From Pristiophorus japonicus (lineage: Eukaryota): DNA of 64,000 nt. Numbering within the stretch: the first letter of the stretch is position 1; each line of letters begins with the position of its first letter. Both the position numbers and the translations under genes were made by a program. Below the pieces are notes generated by a model. It made no database searches. It had not been told where the DNA came from and was given only the letters and a program-made list of their open reading frames with translations. The stretch is from the NCBI RefSeq assembly GCF_044704955.1, contig NC_091982.1:35340001-35404000 (forward strand). Reading direction: 5' to 3'. Positions 1 to 11,487 of this stretch are shown here, one piece after another.

Positions 1-369
1 CTGGGGGGTAAAAGTGCAATATGGTTTTGGCTGACATAGCCCACAATTGAACAGCCGACCACAGAGACTGTCTAGGCTCACACCTGTGAAGAATGACCAA
101 CTGGGAATACTACAGTGGCAGATGATGATTCTGCAACTGTACCCAGTACAAGTCAGCACCATCAGGAGAGGAGCAACAAAATAAAAGCACTGCACAAATT
201 ATCCTTGGCTACTTTCATCCGACAAAGACCGAGGAGGGCACCATCTGCTTGCCCACCTGGTCAAGGAGAAGTATCTGAATCAGGGAATGAAAGCAATAAA
301 ATGCTTCACTGATAACGAGTAGTTACATGACATACAAACTAACTACAACCATTCGACAAGTAAACAGAA

Positions 370-640
370 GAAAGACTTGCATCTATAGAGCACCTTTCAC
401 AACCTCAGGACGTCCCAAAGCATTTTACAGCCAATGAAGTGCTTCTTGAAGTATCGTCCCTGTTGTAATATAGGAAACACGGCAGCCAATTTGCGCACAG
501 CAAGTTCCCATGAACAGCAAATGTGATAATGACCAGATGATCTGCTTTAGTGATGTTGACTGAGGGATAAATATTGGCCAGGAAGCCGGGGATAATTCCC
601 CTGCTCTTCGAAATAGTGCCATAGGATCTTTTACGGCCAC
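370..640 (-). mobile_element. DeuSINE (SacSINE1/AmnSINE-like), 3' half
   Basis: Reverse complement matches the Deu domain and L2-like tail (…GCTGTGCGCAAATTGGCTGCC…CATTGGCTGTAAAATGCTTTGGGACG…GCAAGTCTTT); similar to the fuller copy at 16161-16562. Confidence 0.85.
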
Positions 641-1034
641 CTTGTGCCTGTGGTATTAGACCTCAAGGGGCAGATGGCCTCTGCAGACAGTTTTTTAAAT
701 CCATTTTCGGGATGTAGGCATCGATAGCAATACTCGCATTTATTACCTATCCATCCCCAAAAGGCGGTGGTTATGTCATGGCACAGCTATTCCAAGAGAG
801 AGCTGGTGGGAGGAAGGGGAATCTGCCAATCTTTCAGTAATCATTAAGCTGTGCCATAGGGCAGCATGTGGGGGTGTGAGGGCAGAAGCACGGTCAGTTT
901 TTTTAAAAAGGGCTTTTTTTGATTGCACCTCTGCGAAATGCTTTGGGACGTTTTTCTGCATTAAACAAGCTAAATAAATGATTGTTTTTGATGTTTATGT
1001 TGTTATACCCACGCAAGAGTTAGAACTCAAAAAG

Positions 1035-1395
1035 TATATGACTCCACAGAGCCTGGCCATTCTCCAGCACTTCACCCAAGCAGCCATCCATCACCCCTAA
1101 GCCCAGATTTCCCCGCGGTGTTTAGCTGGGAGGCCATCACAGCCCAGGTTTTCACTCAATGTCTGCAGACTGACGCCCTTTCCAGCAGCGATGACTGAAT
1201 AATAAACAGAAACAGAAAATCTTGATTTTGCTCTCTCCTTGTGTTAGAGGGTCTGAGGCCAATTTGCTGCACCCTACTTCTCCTCCCCCTCTCCCACACC
1301 CCACAGAGATCGGCCAGCTCACCATACCGGAGTGAAACTCGGCACCATCTTAGTCTGTCTACTTAAGTGTCTGAGTGGCGCATTCATCCACTAAC
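1035..1395 (-). mobile_element. Old tRNA-derived SINE (LF-SINE-like), degenerate
   Basis: Minus strand has a decayed tRNA-like head followed by GAGCTGGCCGATCTC…AATTGGCCTCAG…GCTGGAAAG…GGCTGTGATG; related fragments near 40-110 and 63545-63640. Family assignment is from recall. Confidence 0.4.
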
Positions 1396-3554
1396 TGTCA
1401 ATTTTGTTTTCATTTATTAAAAGAAAGGCATGCCTTTATGGAGTGTAGCAGTAATGTTGTAAAGTATATACAGTGTATATAAAATCTGAATTGCGTACAC
1501 CAAATCCAATTGGCACACGTACAATTTGCCTTCTAAACTCAAAGCCCACAAGTCTGGTCTGCACTAAACTTCACATTACAGATAACTAACTTTAGGGAAT
1601 GGAAAACCATGTTTTTCTTTTAAACTTTTTTAAAAAGTCCATTTTTAAAAACCTGACCGTGCTTCTGGCCTCACCCTACCCACCCAGCGGAAACCAAGAA
1701 GATGCGCAGTTAAAATGCTTACCCATGGGAAAGCTACCCAGATACTTCAGTTATGATCTTAACGGATGCTTCTGGACAGGCAGCTAAGCCGCCACCCAAA
1801 GCCGGCGGGGTCCTAATTCACATCTGTTAATCAGGGTCTGATGGCATCATCAAGCCCCGTTAGCAATTTTAACTTCAGCCTGAGTGGAAAACCCACCCTG
1901 GCTTTCCTGCCAGGTGAAGGCCAGCGACATTCAAACGGTAATTTCACAGCCCTCTTTAGCTCTGATTACTGATTTGCTAGGCAAGGGTATAAAGGGATAT
2001 GAAGCCAATGCAGGTAAATTGAGCTGAGGTACAGATCAGCCATGATCTATTTGAATGGCAGAACAAGCTCATGGGGCTGACCAGTTGACTCCTGTTCCTA
2101 TATTCATTTAATTGATCAGATTTACAGTCTGCTACCAGAAATAACCTCCTTCACAAACTCCACTGGCATGCAAACAGATTAATTATTGCAACAAGTTCTT
2201 GTTGCAGGAGATGATCTATCTGCCAAATACAAATATTTGACCTTTTTCTGGGGGTGGGGAGGCAGGTGATGGAAGGGTTAAATTTTGTGCACAGAATGAG
2301 CTATCAGAGTCCTGACAATTTTTTTTATATTCATCATACAGTGTCAGCATCAAGTATTCCTGTACTAAACCCGACCTGTGGATGATAAAAGTGGAAAATT
2401 GTTCCCTTTCCCTACTTTACCAAACAATGGGGCGACATTCGTGCAGCAGCTCTCCCAGTCTCCTGCGTAACTTTGATGGAAACCCCAGTAAGACGACAAA
2501 CGGCCGCTTACGCTGTTTCTCTCCGGTTTCTGCCACAATTACAGCAGATATTATACTCCAGTGTCTCTTTACTACGATCTCAAAAGGGCCCACCCATGTC
2601 AATGATGCATTGGTTCTTTTTCCGATTCCCACACCAACCATCTTTGTTGCTAGCAAGATGATCAATTCACGTCAACTTGAGGGAGGTGCGTGAGGTGGGC
2701 TTGTACCACTAGGAATTAGATTTGGACTGTTCGAAACTCAATTCAAATCGGAATCCAGACTTGTATTGCTCACAGGACAAAAAAAACGTTTCCTGCAGCC
2801 ACTGCTTCGCTCTGGCTGCCTGCCTCTCTTCCACGGTCTTGTCCGCACCCATGCTGCCATGGAGAGGCAGCGCACGGTGTCCGTTAATATGCTTGGGGCC
2901 TTCCATGACTGTTGAAAACTTGTGTTATGGTTAAGTTCTCTTATTAATTGTGGCCCTTAAAAATGGGCAGGCACACGTAAATTAGGTTCAGTGGTATTAA
3001 CACTGGGGCAACCCAGTGTAATCCTTATCGATGTCTTAAAAAAAGCAGATCAACTCTGACTAAATTGCTGCTATTGGCAGTTTTGCTTATTTGCATAGAT
3101 CAGATCATTACCAGGAAGATAAATAAAGAGAGAGATCTATTTCAGACAGGAAACAAATTCAATTTCTTAACTTGTTGGTACAAGTTTATTTCAGTTGCAG
3201 GCTTAGAGAAAATGAACATGTATGAGAAAATAAAATCAATCTGACAAAAATGGTATGGAAAATTAGAGTAGGTAGGTCCAGTGGAAGCAGAATGGGCCAA
3301 ATGGTCTCATTCTGTGCTGTAATTTGTACTGTTCTCTGTGATAAAAACGCAAAATGCTGATGAAAGGTCATACCAAAAACATTTGACTTCTCTTTCAGTT
3401 ATCAGTGGCTTGCTTTGCATTTCCAGTTCTTGTGTTCTTGTTCCTAGCATGTGACGTGCTTATGTTACCTGGAAACTTTCTAAAATGAAAGAAACACTGT
3501 CCTTACCAGGTTCACATCAGAATAACCAGAGCACTTCTTTATCACTCCGACACC

Positions 3555-4290
3555 TATAACAACTTGCATTTATTTGGACCTTTAACATAGAAAAAAAGTT
3601 CAAGGCACGTCACAGAGGTGTAATCAAAGAAATTGGACATCAAACTAAAGACGGAAATATTAAGAGTAACAAAGGTTTGGTCAAAGAGATGAATTTTAAG
3701 GAGGGACAGAGGAAGGAATTCCAGAGGTGAGGACCCTGATGGTTGAAGGCACAACTGCCAATGACAGGAAGAGGAATGGAGAGTTTGAGGTTACAAAGGG
3801 ATTTAAACGTAGGAATGAGAATTTTAAACTTGAGGCATTCGGGCCTGGAAGCCAATGTAGGTCAGTGAGGAACAGAGGGAATTGAGGCAGGATAGGGTAC
3901 GGGCAGCAGAGTTTTGGATGAGCTGAACTTTATCGAGGATGGAAGCCAGCCAGGAATGCCTTGGAATAGTACTTCTGGAGGTGACAAACTTCAGGATTTC
4001 AACAGCAGGTGGGCTGAGGTGGGGGCAGAAGTGGGCGAAGCTACAGAGGTGGAAGTCGATGGTCTTTATGATGGAGAGGATATAGGTTGCAACTGGAGGG
4101 TCTAAAAGGTCATCAAGATTGCAAACAGTCTGGTTTAGTGTAAGATGTTAGCTAGGGAGGGGGATAGAATCGGTGGCAAGGATACAGATCTTGTGGCAAG
4201 GCTGAATACGATGACTTCACGCTTCCCACTAATTAGCTGGAGAAAACTTCGGCTGATCCAAGACAGGATGCCAGAGAAAGAATTTGAAAG
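3555..4290 (-). mobile_element. L2 LINE 3' fragment
   Basis: L2 tail (…TAAAGGTCCAAATAAATGCAAGTTGTT) and decayed RT C-terminus; similar to the copy at 5210-7655. Confidence 0.75.
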
Positions 4291-4543
4291 AGATCCACAG
4301 GTCCCAGCCTAGCTCGAGAGGTCTGAGGCACAAGGAAAGATTGGAGAAACATAGGCTTTTCAGCTTGAAAAGGAGGTGACAGAAAGATGATCTTAGCGAG
4401 TTGAACAAGATAGTAAACAGTATTCCAAAGATGGATTCAGTAAATTAATGCAAACTAATTTCCGAAACAGGCCAACAGTTTAAATTAGCAAAAGGCAAAC
4501 TTAGGACTGATGTCAGGACGTTCTTCATGAAACAAAGGTGAAC

Positions 4544-4968
4544 AGACTGGGCTGGTCTCTATTCTCTTGAAAAGAGAAGGCTGAGGGGTGACTTAATAGA
4601 GATCTTTAAATTATGAAAGGTTTGACAGAGTAGATACAGAGAGAGTGTTTCCACTTGTGGGGAAGAGCACAACTACAGGCCATCAGTATAAGATAGTCAC
4701 CAAAAAATCAACGAGGGAATTCAGAAGGAACTTCTTTACCAAGAGTGGTGAGAATGTGGAACTTGCTACCACAGGGAGTGGTTGAAGCGAATAGTATAGA
4801 TGCATTTAAGGGGAGGCTAGATAAGCAAATGAGGAAGAAGGGAATGGAGGGTTATGCTGATAGTTAGATGAGGAAAGAGGGAAGGAGGCTCAAGTGGCAC
4901 ATAAATGCTGGTATGGACTGGTTGGGTCGAATGGCCAGTTTCTGTGCTGTATATCCTATGTAATCCTA
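4544..4968 (+). mobile_element. CR1/HER1 LINE 3' end nested in an older CR1 fragment (about 4290-5100)
   Basis: RLRGDLIEIFK-type coding remnant; GTTGGGTCGAATGGCC…CTATGTAATCCTATG tail; short TGAACA duplication at the flanks. Confidence 0.85.
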
Positions 4969-5209
4969 TGAACAACAGATGGAATGGACTTGTGGATAGA
5001 GTAGTGGAGGCAAAGTTCCTGAAATTAAGAAAAGGTTGTTGCTACATTGGGAGGACTCGGGGTATATCTGGATGGACGAACGAACATGACCTTTCTCTTT
5101 TTTGTGAAGAGAAACAAAATGCAGATGATGAATCAGTGAACTGAGCGATTTGGTTGACCCCAATGATAGGAGGGGGCTGTGTTAACATCAGCAAAGATGT
5201 CATTATTAA

Positions 5210-7655
5210 CAACAACAACACCGACTTGTATTTATCTAGCACCTTTAACGCAGTGAATGGTCCCAAGGAGTATTATGATATAAAAATTTGACACCAAGCC
5301 ACATAAGTAGAAATTAGCGCAGATGACCAAAAGCTTGGTCAAAGATGTAGGTTTTAAAGGAGTGTCTTGAAGAAGGAAAGAAAGGTATAGAGCCAGACAG
5401 TTCCAGAGCTTGAGGCCTCGGCAACAGAAGGTACAGCCACCAATGGTTGAGCGATTATAATCAGGGTTGCTCAAGAGGGCAGAATTAGAGGAGCGCAGAT
5501 ATCTTGGAGGATTGTGGGGCTGAAAGAGATTATAGAGATAGGGAGGGGCGAGGCCATGGAGGGATTTTGAAAATAAGAATGAGAAGTTTGAAATCGAGGT
5601 GTTGCTTAACCGGAAGTCAATGTAGGTCAGCGAGCACAGGGTGATGGGTGAGCTGGTATTACTACAGCCCTGTAGACCATGAGCTTGGTGGTAGATTTGA
5701 GGGCCTGGTCTTCGAACACTCTTTTCCTCAGGCAGCCGAAGGCTGCGCTGGTGTACTGGAGGTGGTGTTGAATCTCATCAATGTCTGCTTTTGTTGATAA
5801 GAGGCTCCCGAGGTATGGGGAATGGTCCACATTGTCCAGGGCCGCGCCGTGGATCTTGATGACTGGGGGGTAGTGCTGTGCGGAGAAGACAGGCTGGTGG
5901 AGGACTTTTGTCTTACGAATGTTTAGCGTAAGGCCCATGCTTTTGTACGCCTCAGTAAATATATCGACTATGTCCTGCAGTTTAGCCTCTGGATGTGCGC
6001 AGATGCAGGCCGCGTACTGTAGATCGACGACAGAAGTTGGGGTGGTCTTGGACCTGGCCTGGAGATGGCGAAGGTTGAACAGCTTCCCACTGGTTCTGTA
6101 GTTTAGTTTCACTCCAGTGGGGAGCTTATTGACTCTGAGGTGGAGAATGACAGCGAGGAAGATTGAGATGAGGGTTGGGGCAATGACGCAGCCCTGTTTG
6201 ACCCTGGTCCAGATGTGAATTGGATCTCTAATGGATCCATTGGTAAGGATCACCTGTATGGCTCAGATACATGGACCATGACAGTAGGCACTTCAAGTCA
6301 CTAGAGAAATACCACCAACGATGCCTCTGCAAGATCCTACAAATCCCCTGGGAGGACAGACATTAGTGTCCTTGACCAGACCAACATCCCCAGCATCAAA
6401 GCACTGACCACACTTGATCAGCCACATTGTTCGCATGCCAGACACGAGACTCCCAAAGCAAGCGCTCTACTCGGAACTCCTTCATGGCAAGCGAGCCAAA
6501 CAAAGGTGGACAGAGGAAATGTTACGACGACACCCTCAAAGCCTCGCTGATAAAGTGCAACATCCCCACCGACACCTGGGAGTCCCTGGCCAAAGACTGC
6601 CCTAAGTGGAGGAAGTGCATCTGAGAGGGCACTGAGCACCTCGAGTCTCATCACCGAGTGCATGCAGAAAATAAGCGCAGGCAGCGGAAAGAATGTGTGG
6701 CAAACCTGTTCCACCCTCCCTTACCCTCAACGACTATCTGTCCCACCTGTGGTTGGGACTATGGCTCTCGTATTGGACTGTTCAGCCACCTAAGGACTCA
6801 TTCTAAGAGTGGAAGCAAGATCTCCTTGATTCTGAGGGACTGCCTATGATGAAGATGATGATGATGGGTGAGCGGGATTTGGTGCGAGTTAGGACACGGG
6901 CAGCCAAGTTTTGGATCACCTCTAGTTTATGTAGGGTAGAATGTGGGATGCCAAGAGTGCATTGGAATAATCAAGTCTAGAGTTAATAAAGACAGGATGA
7001 GGGCTTCAGCAGCAAATGAGCTGAGCCAAGGGCGGAGACGGGCGATGTTACGAAGGTGGAAATAGGCAGTCTTAGTTAAGCTGCGGATATGTGGTTGAAA
7101 GCTCATTTCAGGGTCAAATATGACACCAAGGTTGCGAACAGTGTGGTTCAGCCTCAGACAGAAGTTGGGGAGCGGGATGCAGTCAGTGGCTAGAGAACAG
7201 AGTTCCTGGCAATGACCGAAAACAATGGCTTCGATCTTTCCAATATTCAATTGGAGAAAATTTCTGCTCATCCAGAACTGGATGGTGGACAAGCAGTCTG
7301 ACAATTTAGAGACTCAGGAGGGGTCGAGAGAAGTGGTGGTGAGGTAGAGCTGGGTGTCATCAGCGTACATGAAAAAACTGACTGTGTTTTTGGATGATGT
7401 CGCCAAGGGCAACATGTAGATGAAAAATAGGAGGGGGCTAAGGATAGATCCTTGGGGGACACCAGAGATAACGATGCGGGGGGCAGAAAGAGAAGCCGTT
7501 GCAGGTGATTCTCTAGCTACAGTGAGATAGAAAAGAATGGAACCAGGCAAGTGCAGTCACACCCAGCTGGACGACGGTGGAGAGGCATTGGAGAAGGATA
7601 GGGTGGTCAACCGTGTCAGAGGCTGCAGACAAGTCAAGAAGGACGAGGGTCCTCA
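5210..7655 (-). mobile_element. L2 LINE (RT domain to 3' tail), interrupted by an RTE insertion at 5654-6861
   Basis: ORF remnants LLDLSAASDTVDH, SGVPQGSILSPLLF, MYADDTQLY and WMSRNFLQLN…VRNLGVIFD; (TTG)n tail at about 5210. Confidence 0.9.
5654..6861. mobile_element. RTE/BovB-clade LINE with 5' inversion (5654-6253 minus, 6254-6861 plus)
   Basis: RT motifs VKQGCVIAPTL, LQYA, NIRKTKVL and YLGSLLS on minus; C-terminal zinc finger CPTC…SHLRTH and (GAT)n tail on plus; TSD TGATGGGTGAGC at 5642-5653 and 6862-6873. Confidence 0.9.
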
Positions 7656-8328
7656 GCTTTAAGATTTGAATATAGGGGATATGATTAAGAAGTTTGCAGA
7701 TTACACTAAAATTGGTTGTGTGGTTGATAATGAAGAGGAAAGTCATGGACTGCAGGAGGATATCAATCTACTGGTCAGGTGGGCAAAGCAGTGACAAATG
7801 GAATTTAATTCAGAGAAGTGTAAGGTAATGCACTTTGGGAGGGCTAATAAGGAAAGGGTATATACATTAAGCAGTAGGCCACTTAATAGTGTAGATGAAC
7901 AAAGGGACCTTGGAGTGCTTGTCCACAGATCCCTGAAAGTAGCAGGCCAGGTGGATAAGGTGGTTAAGAAGGCATACAGAATGCTTGCCTTTATTGGCCG
8001 AGGCATAGAATACAAGAGTAGGGAGGTTATGCTTAAATTGTATAATACTCTGGTTAGGCCACAGCTGGAGCACTGCGTGCAGTTCTGGTCGCCGTATTAT
8101 AGGAAGGAAGTGATTGCACAAGAGAGGGTGCAGACGAGATTTACTAGGATACTGCCTGGAATGGAGAATCTTAACTATGAGGAGAGATTGGATAGGCTGG
8201 GTTTGTTTTCATTGGAATAGAGGAGGCTGAGCGGAGACATCACTGGGATGTACAACATTTTGAGGGGCCTGGATATAGTGGATAGCAGGGCCTATTTCCC
8301 TCAGTGGAGGAGTCAATTACGAGGGGGA
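7656..8328 (+). mobile_element. CR1 LINE RT C-terminal fragment
   Basis: KFADYTK, MEFNSEKCKVMHFG, QRDLGVLVH and LVRPQLEHCVQFWSPY. Confidence 0.9.
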
Positions 8329-8909
8329 GAGGGGATTAAATGAAGACTCTTAAATTTGTCTCGTCTTTGGCCTGCCCCAGAATCCCTATAGTTATCAGGG
8401 ATCCAGGGGTCCAGGGGTAAGTCAGTCTTCATTTAATCCTCTTTCCCAGTTAACAGCAGCCAAAAGACCCCAACCATAGAGGTCCTGGTCCGCAGCTGCA
8501 CTCAAATTTGTGCCTGATTTTTAAGTGCAAAGCTCAGCCAGGGTTGGGCCTGCACCTGAAGTTCCCAGGTCATGCAAATGGCTGCGGTAAGAAATACGTG
8601 GGAAATTGTCGCTGCTTCGGTGCAGCACGTCATGTTCACGGAATGCCGAGAGAGGACAATCTACCCGATACTGACATAATCATTCTTTCTTCTCCTTGAA
8701 TTATATTCATTCCCAAGGACCTCTTCTTCTCTCTCTCAGTTCTGACTTCCTCCTATAATCTTCAGCCTTTGAAAATCCAAGTTTGGTATCACCTAATCAC
8801 TGCTTCCTGGTTTGCCTAATATTCTCTTCTACTCCTGTCATCCTTGCTCGAGACCATAGCTTTTGACAGATATTTTTCAATAATTTAAATGATGATCCGA
8901 TGTCTTTTT

Positions 8910-9600
8910 TTAATTATTCATTCCAGGATGTGGGCGTCGCTGGTAAGGCCAGCATTTATTTCCCATCCCTAATTGCCCTTGAGAAGGTTGTGGTGAGCCG
9001 CCTTCTTGAACCGTGTGGTGAATGTACTCCCACAGTGCTGTGAGGGAGGGAGTTCTAGGATTTTGACCCAGCGACGATGAAGGAACGACGACATATTTCC
9101 AAGTCAGGATGGCGTGGAACTTGGAGGGGAACTTGCAGGTGATGATGCTCCCATGCGCCTGCTGCCCTTGTCCTTCTAAGTTCTAAAAGTTGCGGGTTTG
9201 GAAGTTGCTGCATCTTGTAGATGGTATACACTGCAGCCACAGTGCACCGGTGGTGGAGGGAGGGAGTGAATGATGAAGATGGTGGATGGGGTGCCAATCA
9301 AGCGGGCTGCTTTGTCCTGGATGGTGTCGACCTTCTTGAGTGTTATTGGAGCTGCACTCATCCAGGCAAGTGGAGAGTATTCCATCGCACTCCTGACTTG
9401 TGCCTTGTAGTTGGTGGAAAAGCTTTGGGGAGTCAGGAGGTGAGACACTCGCCATAGAATACCCAGCCTATGACCTGCTCTTGTTGCCACGCTATTTATG
9501 TGGCTGGTCCAGTTAAGTTTCTGGTCAATGGTGACCCCCAGGATGTTATGGGTGTGGGATTCGATGATGGTAATGCCGTTGAATATCAAGGAGAGGTGGA
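8910..9600 (-). mobile_element. CR1-superfamily (L2/Crack/Daphne-like) LINE 3' fragment
   Basis: ORF 9176-9640 reads LGVTIDQKLNWTSHI…YKAQVRSAMEYSPLAW…IQDKAARLI; 3' tail near 8915; a tail-only remnant lies at about 700-775. Confidence 0.75.
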
Positions 9601-10292
9601 CTGCTTCAGTATGCAGCTGATATAAAATGGTTTTATACAAAGCTGATGTTCTACATTTCCATATAAATTTACAGAAAATCTTTGTAAATGTCAGCTGCAG
9701 GCAAAGATGTGCAAATTTTAAGAGCCGTAAAAAACTGTTTGGGACAAGAAAAGGCCATTTGGTTGATCATGCTCATATATAATCTATCCTATAAGCCCTA
9801 CCATACTCTTAATCTGGAGAGAAAGTTCTTCATAAATACTTGCTAATCTCCAAATGAGATCATGAAAATGTTCACCCATCCTTATATCTGTACCGTTCAC
9901 CCCAGACATGCCTCCCTCCATGCAAAATAATTCTTCTCCCCTGCCCTAACAGCATCATTGGACTCGATATTAACTCCCCCCCATGATGGGCAGGAGAGCG
10001 TCGGAGGTGGGGGGGGAGGGGTGCGTTAAAAAGGCTGCACAGAATACAAATCCAACCCAGCACCATCTTTACGGCGGCGGATATCGGCGCATCAGAGTGT
10101 CCTGCAGTGGAAAGGTGGGACACTTAATTAACATATTTAAATTGGGCTCCCACAGTCCAACTGGGAGCCCGATTTGAAATTTACTGTTGCTGCGAATGTA
10201 TCCCAAAGGCTGGGAAACTCGGCAGTGAAACGGAGGTGGGAGCTGCTTGCTCCACAAGGTAAGTGGCTGTTTACAACCTTCCCCCCATATAC

Positions 10293-10860
10293 AGCTGCAG
10301 CTGTACAAAACCCTGGTTAGCCCACACCTGGAGTACTGTGAGCAGTTCTGGGCACCACACCTTAGGAAGGATATATTGACTTTGGAGGGAGGGCAGTGTA
10401 GGTTTACCAGAATGATACCCGGACTTCAAGAGTTAAGGTAACAGGAGAGATTACATAAATTAGGGTTGTATTCCCTGGAATTTAGAAGATTATGGGATGA
10501 TCTGATCAAAGTTTTCAAGATATTAAGGGGAACAGATAGGGTAGATGGAGAAAAACAATTTCTACTGGCTGGAGACTTTCTAGAACTAGGGGGCTTAGTC
10601 TCATAATTTGAGCCAGACCTTTCAGGTGTTAAATTAGGAAACACTTCTACACACAAAGGGTGATAGAAGTTTGGAACTCTCTTCTGCAGGCAATTGACGC
10701 TAGACCAATTGTTAATTTTAAATTGGAGTTTGATAGCTACCTACCAAAGGCATTAAGGAATATGGGCCAAAGATAAGTATATGGAGTTAGGTCGCAGATC
10801 AGCCATAATCTCATTGAATGATGGAGCAGACTCGAGGGGCTGAGTGGCCTACTCCTGTTC
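10293..10860 (+). mobile_element. CR1 LINE 3' fragment nested in MITE A
   Basis: LQLYKTLVSPHLEYCEQFWAP…; CR1/HER1 tail …TGGCCTACTCCTGTTCC. Confidence 0.9.
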
Positions 10861-10974
10861 CCCCCCCCACCCCCCACAACATTCCCCCAAGCCAACCTCC
10901 ACTGATTGCCAGGGACCATCCCCAAGTGTCCCCAGCTGCCGTTAAGATCGGCAGGATCCCCGGGCTTCCCGGCA

Positions 10975-11487
10975 GGCGTTCTTACAGCCTGACAAAAGTG
11001 ATGGGTACATAGCGGATCTCGAGCGGAATGGCCCAGAGAGCAAGACCTACACCGAGACTACCTGGTCTATGTGGTGCAGGATGGCAGTCCTGACAAACAG
11101 TTCGATAACGAGGTGGACGGGGACGAGGTTTTCGACATGGATTTCAAGCAGAAGAAGGAGGTGGGGCGGATCCCCGAGTTCCAGCACATCACAATACGGG
11201 AAGGGGAGGCGGGGGTCTCTGCCAACATCGCCATCATGAAGCAGAATTTAAATGTTTGCAAGAACTTGTCGGGCGGGACACCAGAACCCAAATATCCCCC
11301 TCAGACTGCCATGTACTCTGAAGATTCTGTAGAATGGGGACAGCCCAACACGTTGATCTGCCTGGCTGATGGATTCTACCCTCCGCGCATCACCATGAAG
11401 TGGAAAAGAAACAGTGAACCCATGACTGATGGAGTCAACAGCACGGAGTACTATATCAAAAAGGATTATTCCTTCCAGAGATTCTCA
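10975..11487 (+). pseudogene. Processed (intronless) MHC class II alpha chain fragment: leader + alpha1 + N-terminal half of alpha2
   Basis: Frame 11002-11487 is open: …HSGSRAE…YVVQDGSPDKQFDNEVDGDEVFDMDFKQKKEVGRIPEF…GEAGVSANIAIMKQNL…LSGGTPEPK|YPPQTAMYSEDSVEWGQPNTLICLADGFYPPRITMKWKRN…FQRFS. These are hallmark class II alpha motifs, close to shark class IIA as I recall it. No intron at the alpha1/alpha2 junction (11293/11294). The leader RSYSLTKVM is in another frame (frameshift at about 11004). Truncated before the second Ig cysteine; no TM domain or poly(A). Confidence 0.92.

Noticed and set aside
3356-3385. Hammerhead ribozyme in Penelope-like remnants (also 38204-38225)
   Set aside because: The copy at 3358 has CTGATGA but GAAA is mutated; the copy at 38204 has GAAAC but lacks CTGATGA; neither has a complete core
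3507-3553. 47-nt minus-strand exon
   Set aside because: Good donor, but the acceptor comes from an L2 tail and has no polypyrimidine tract; no other support
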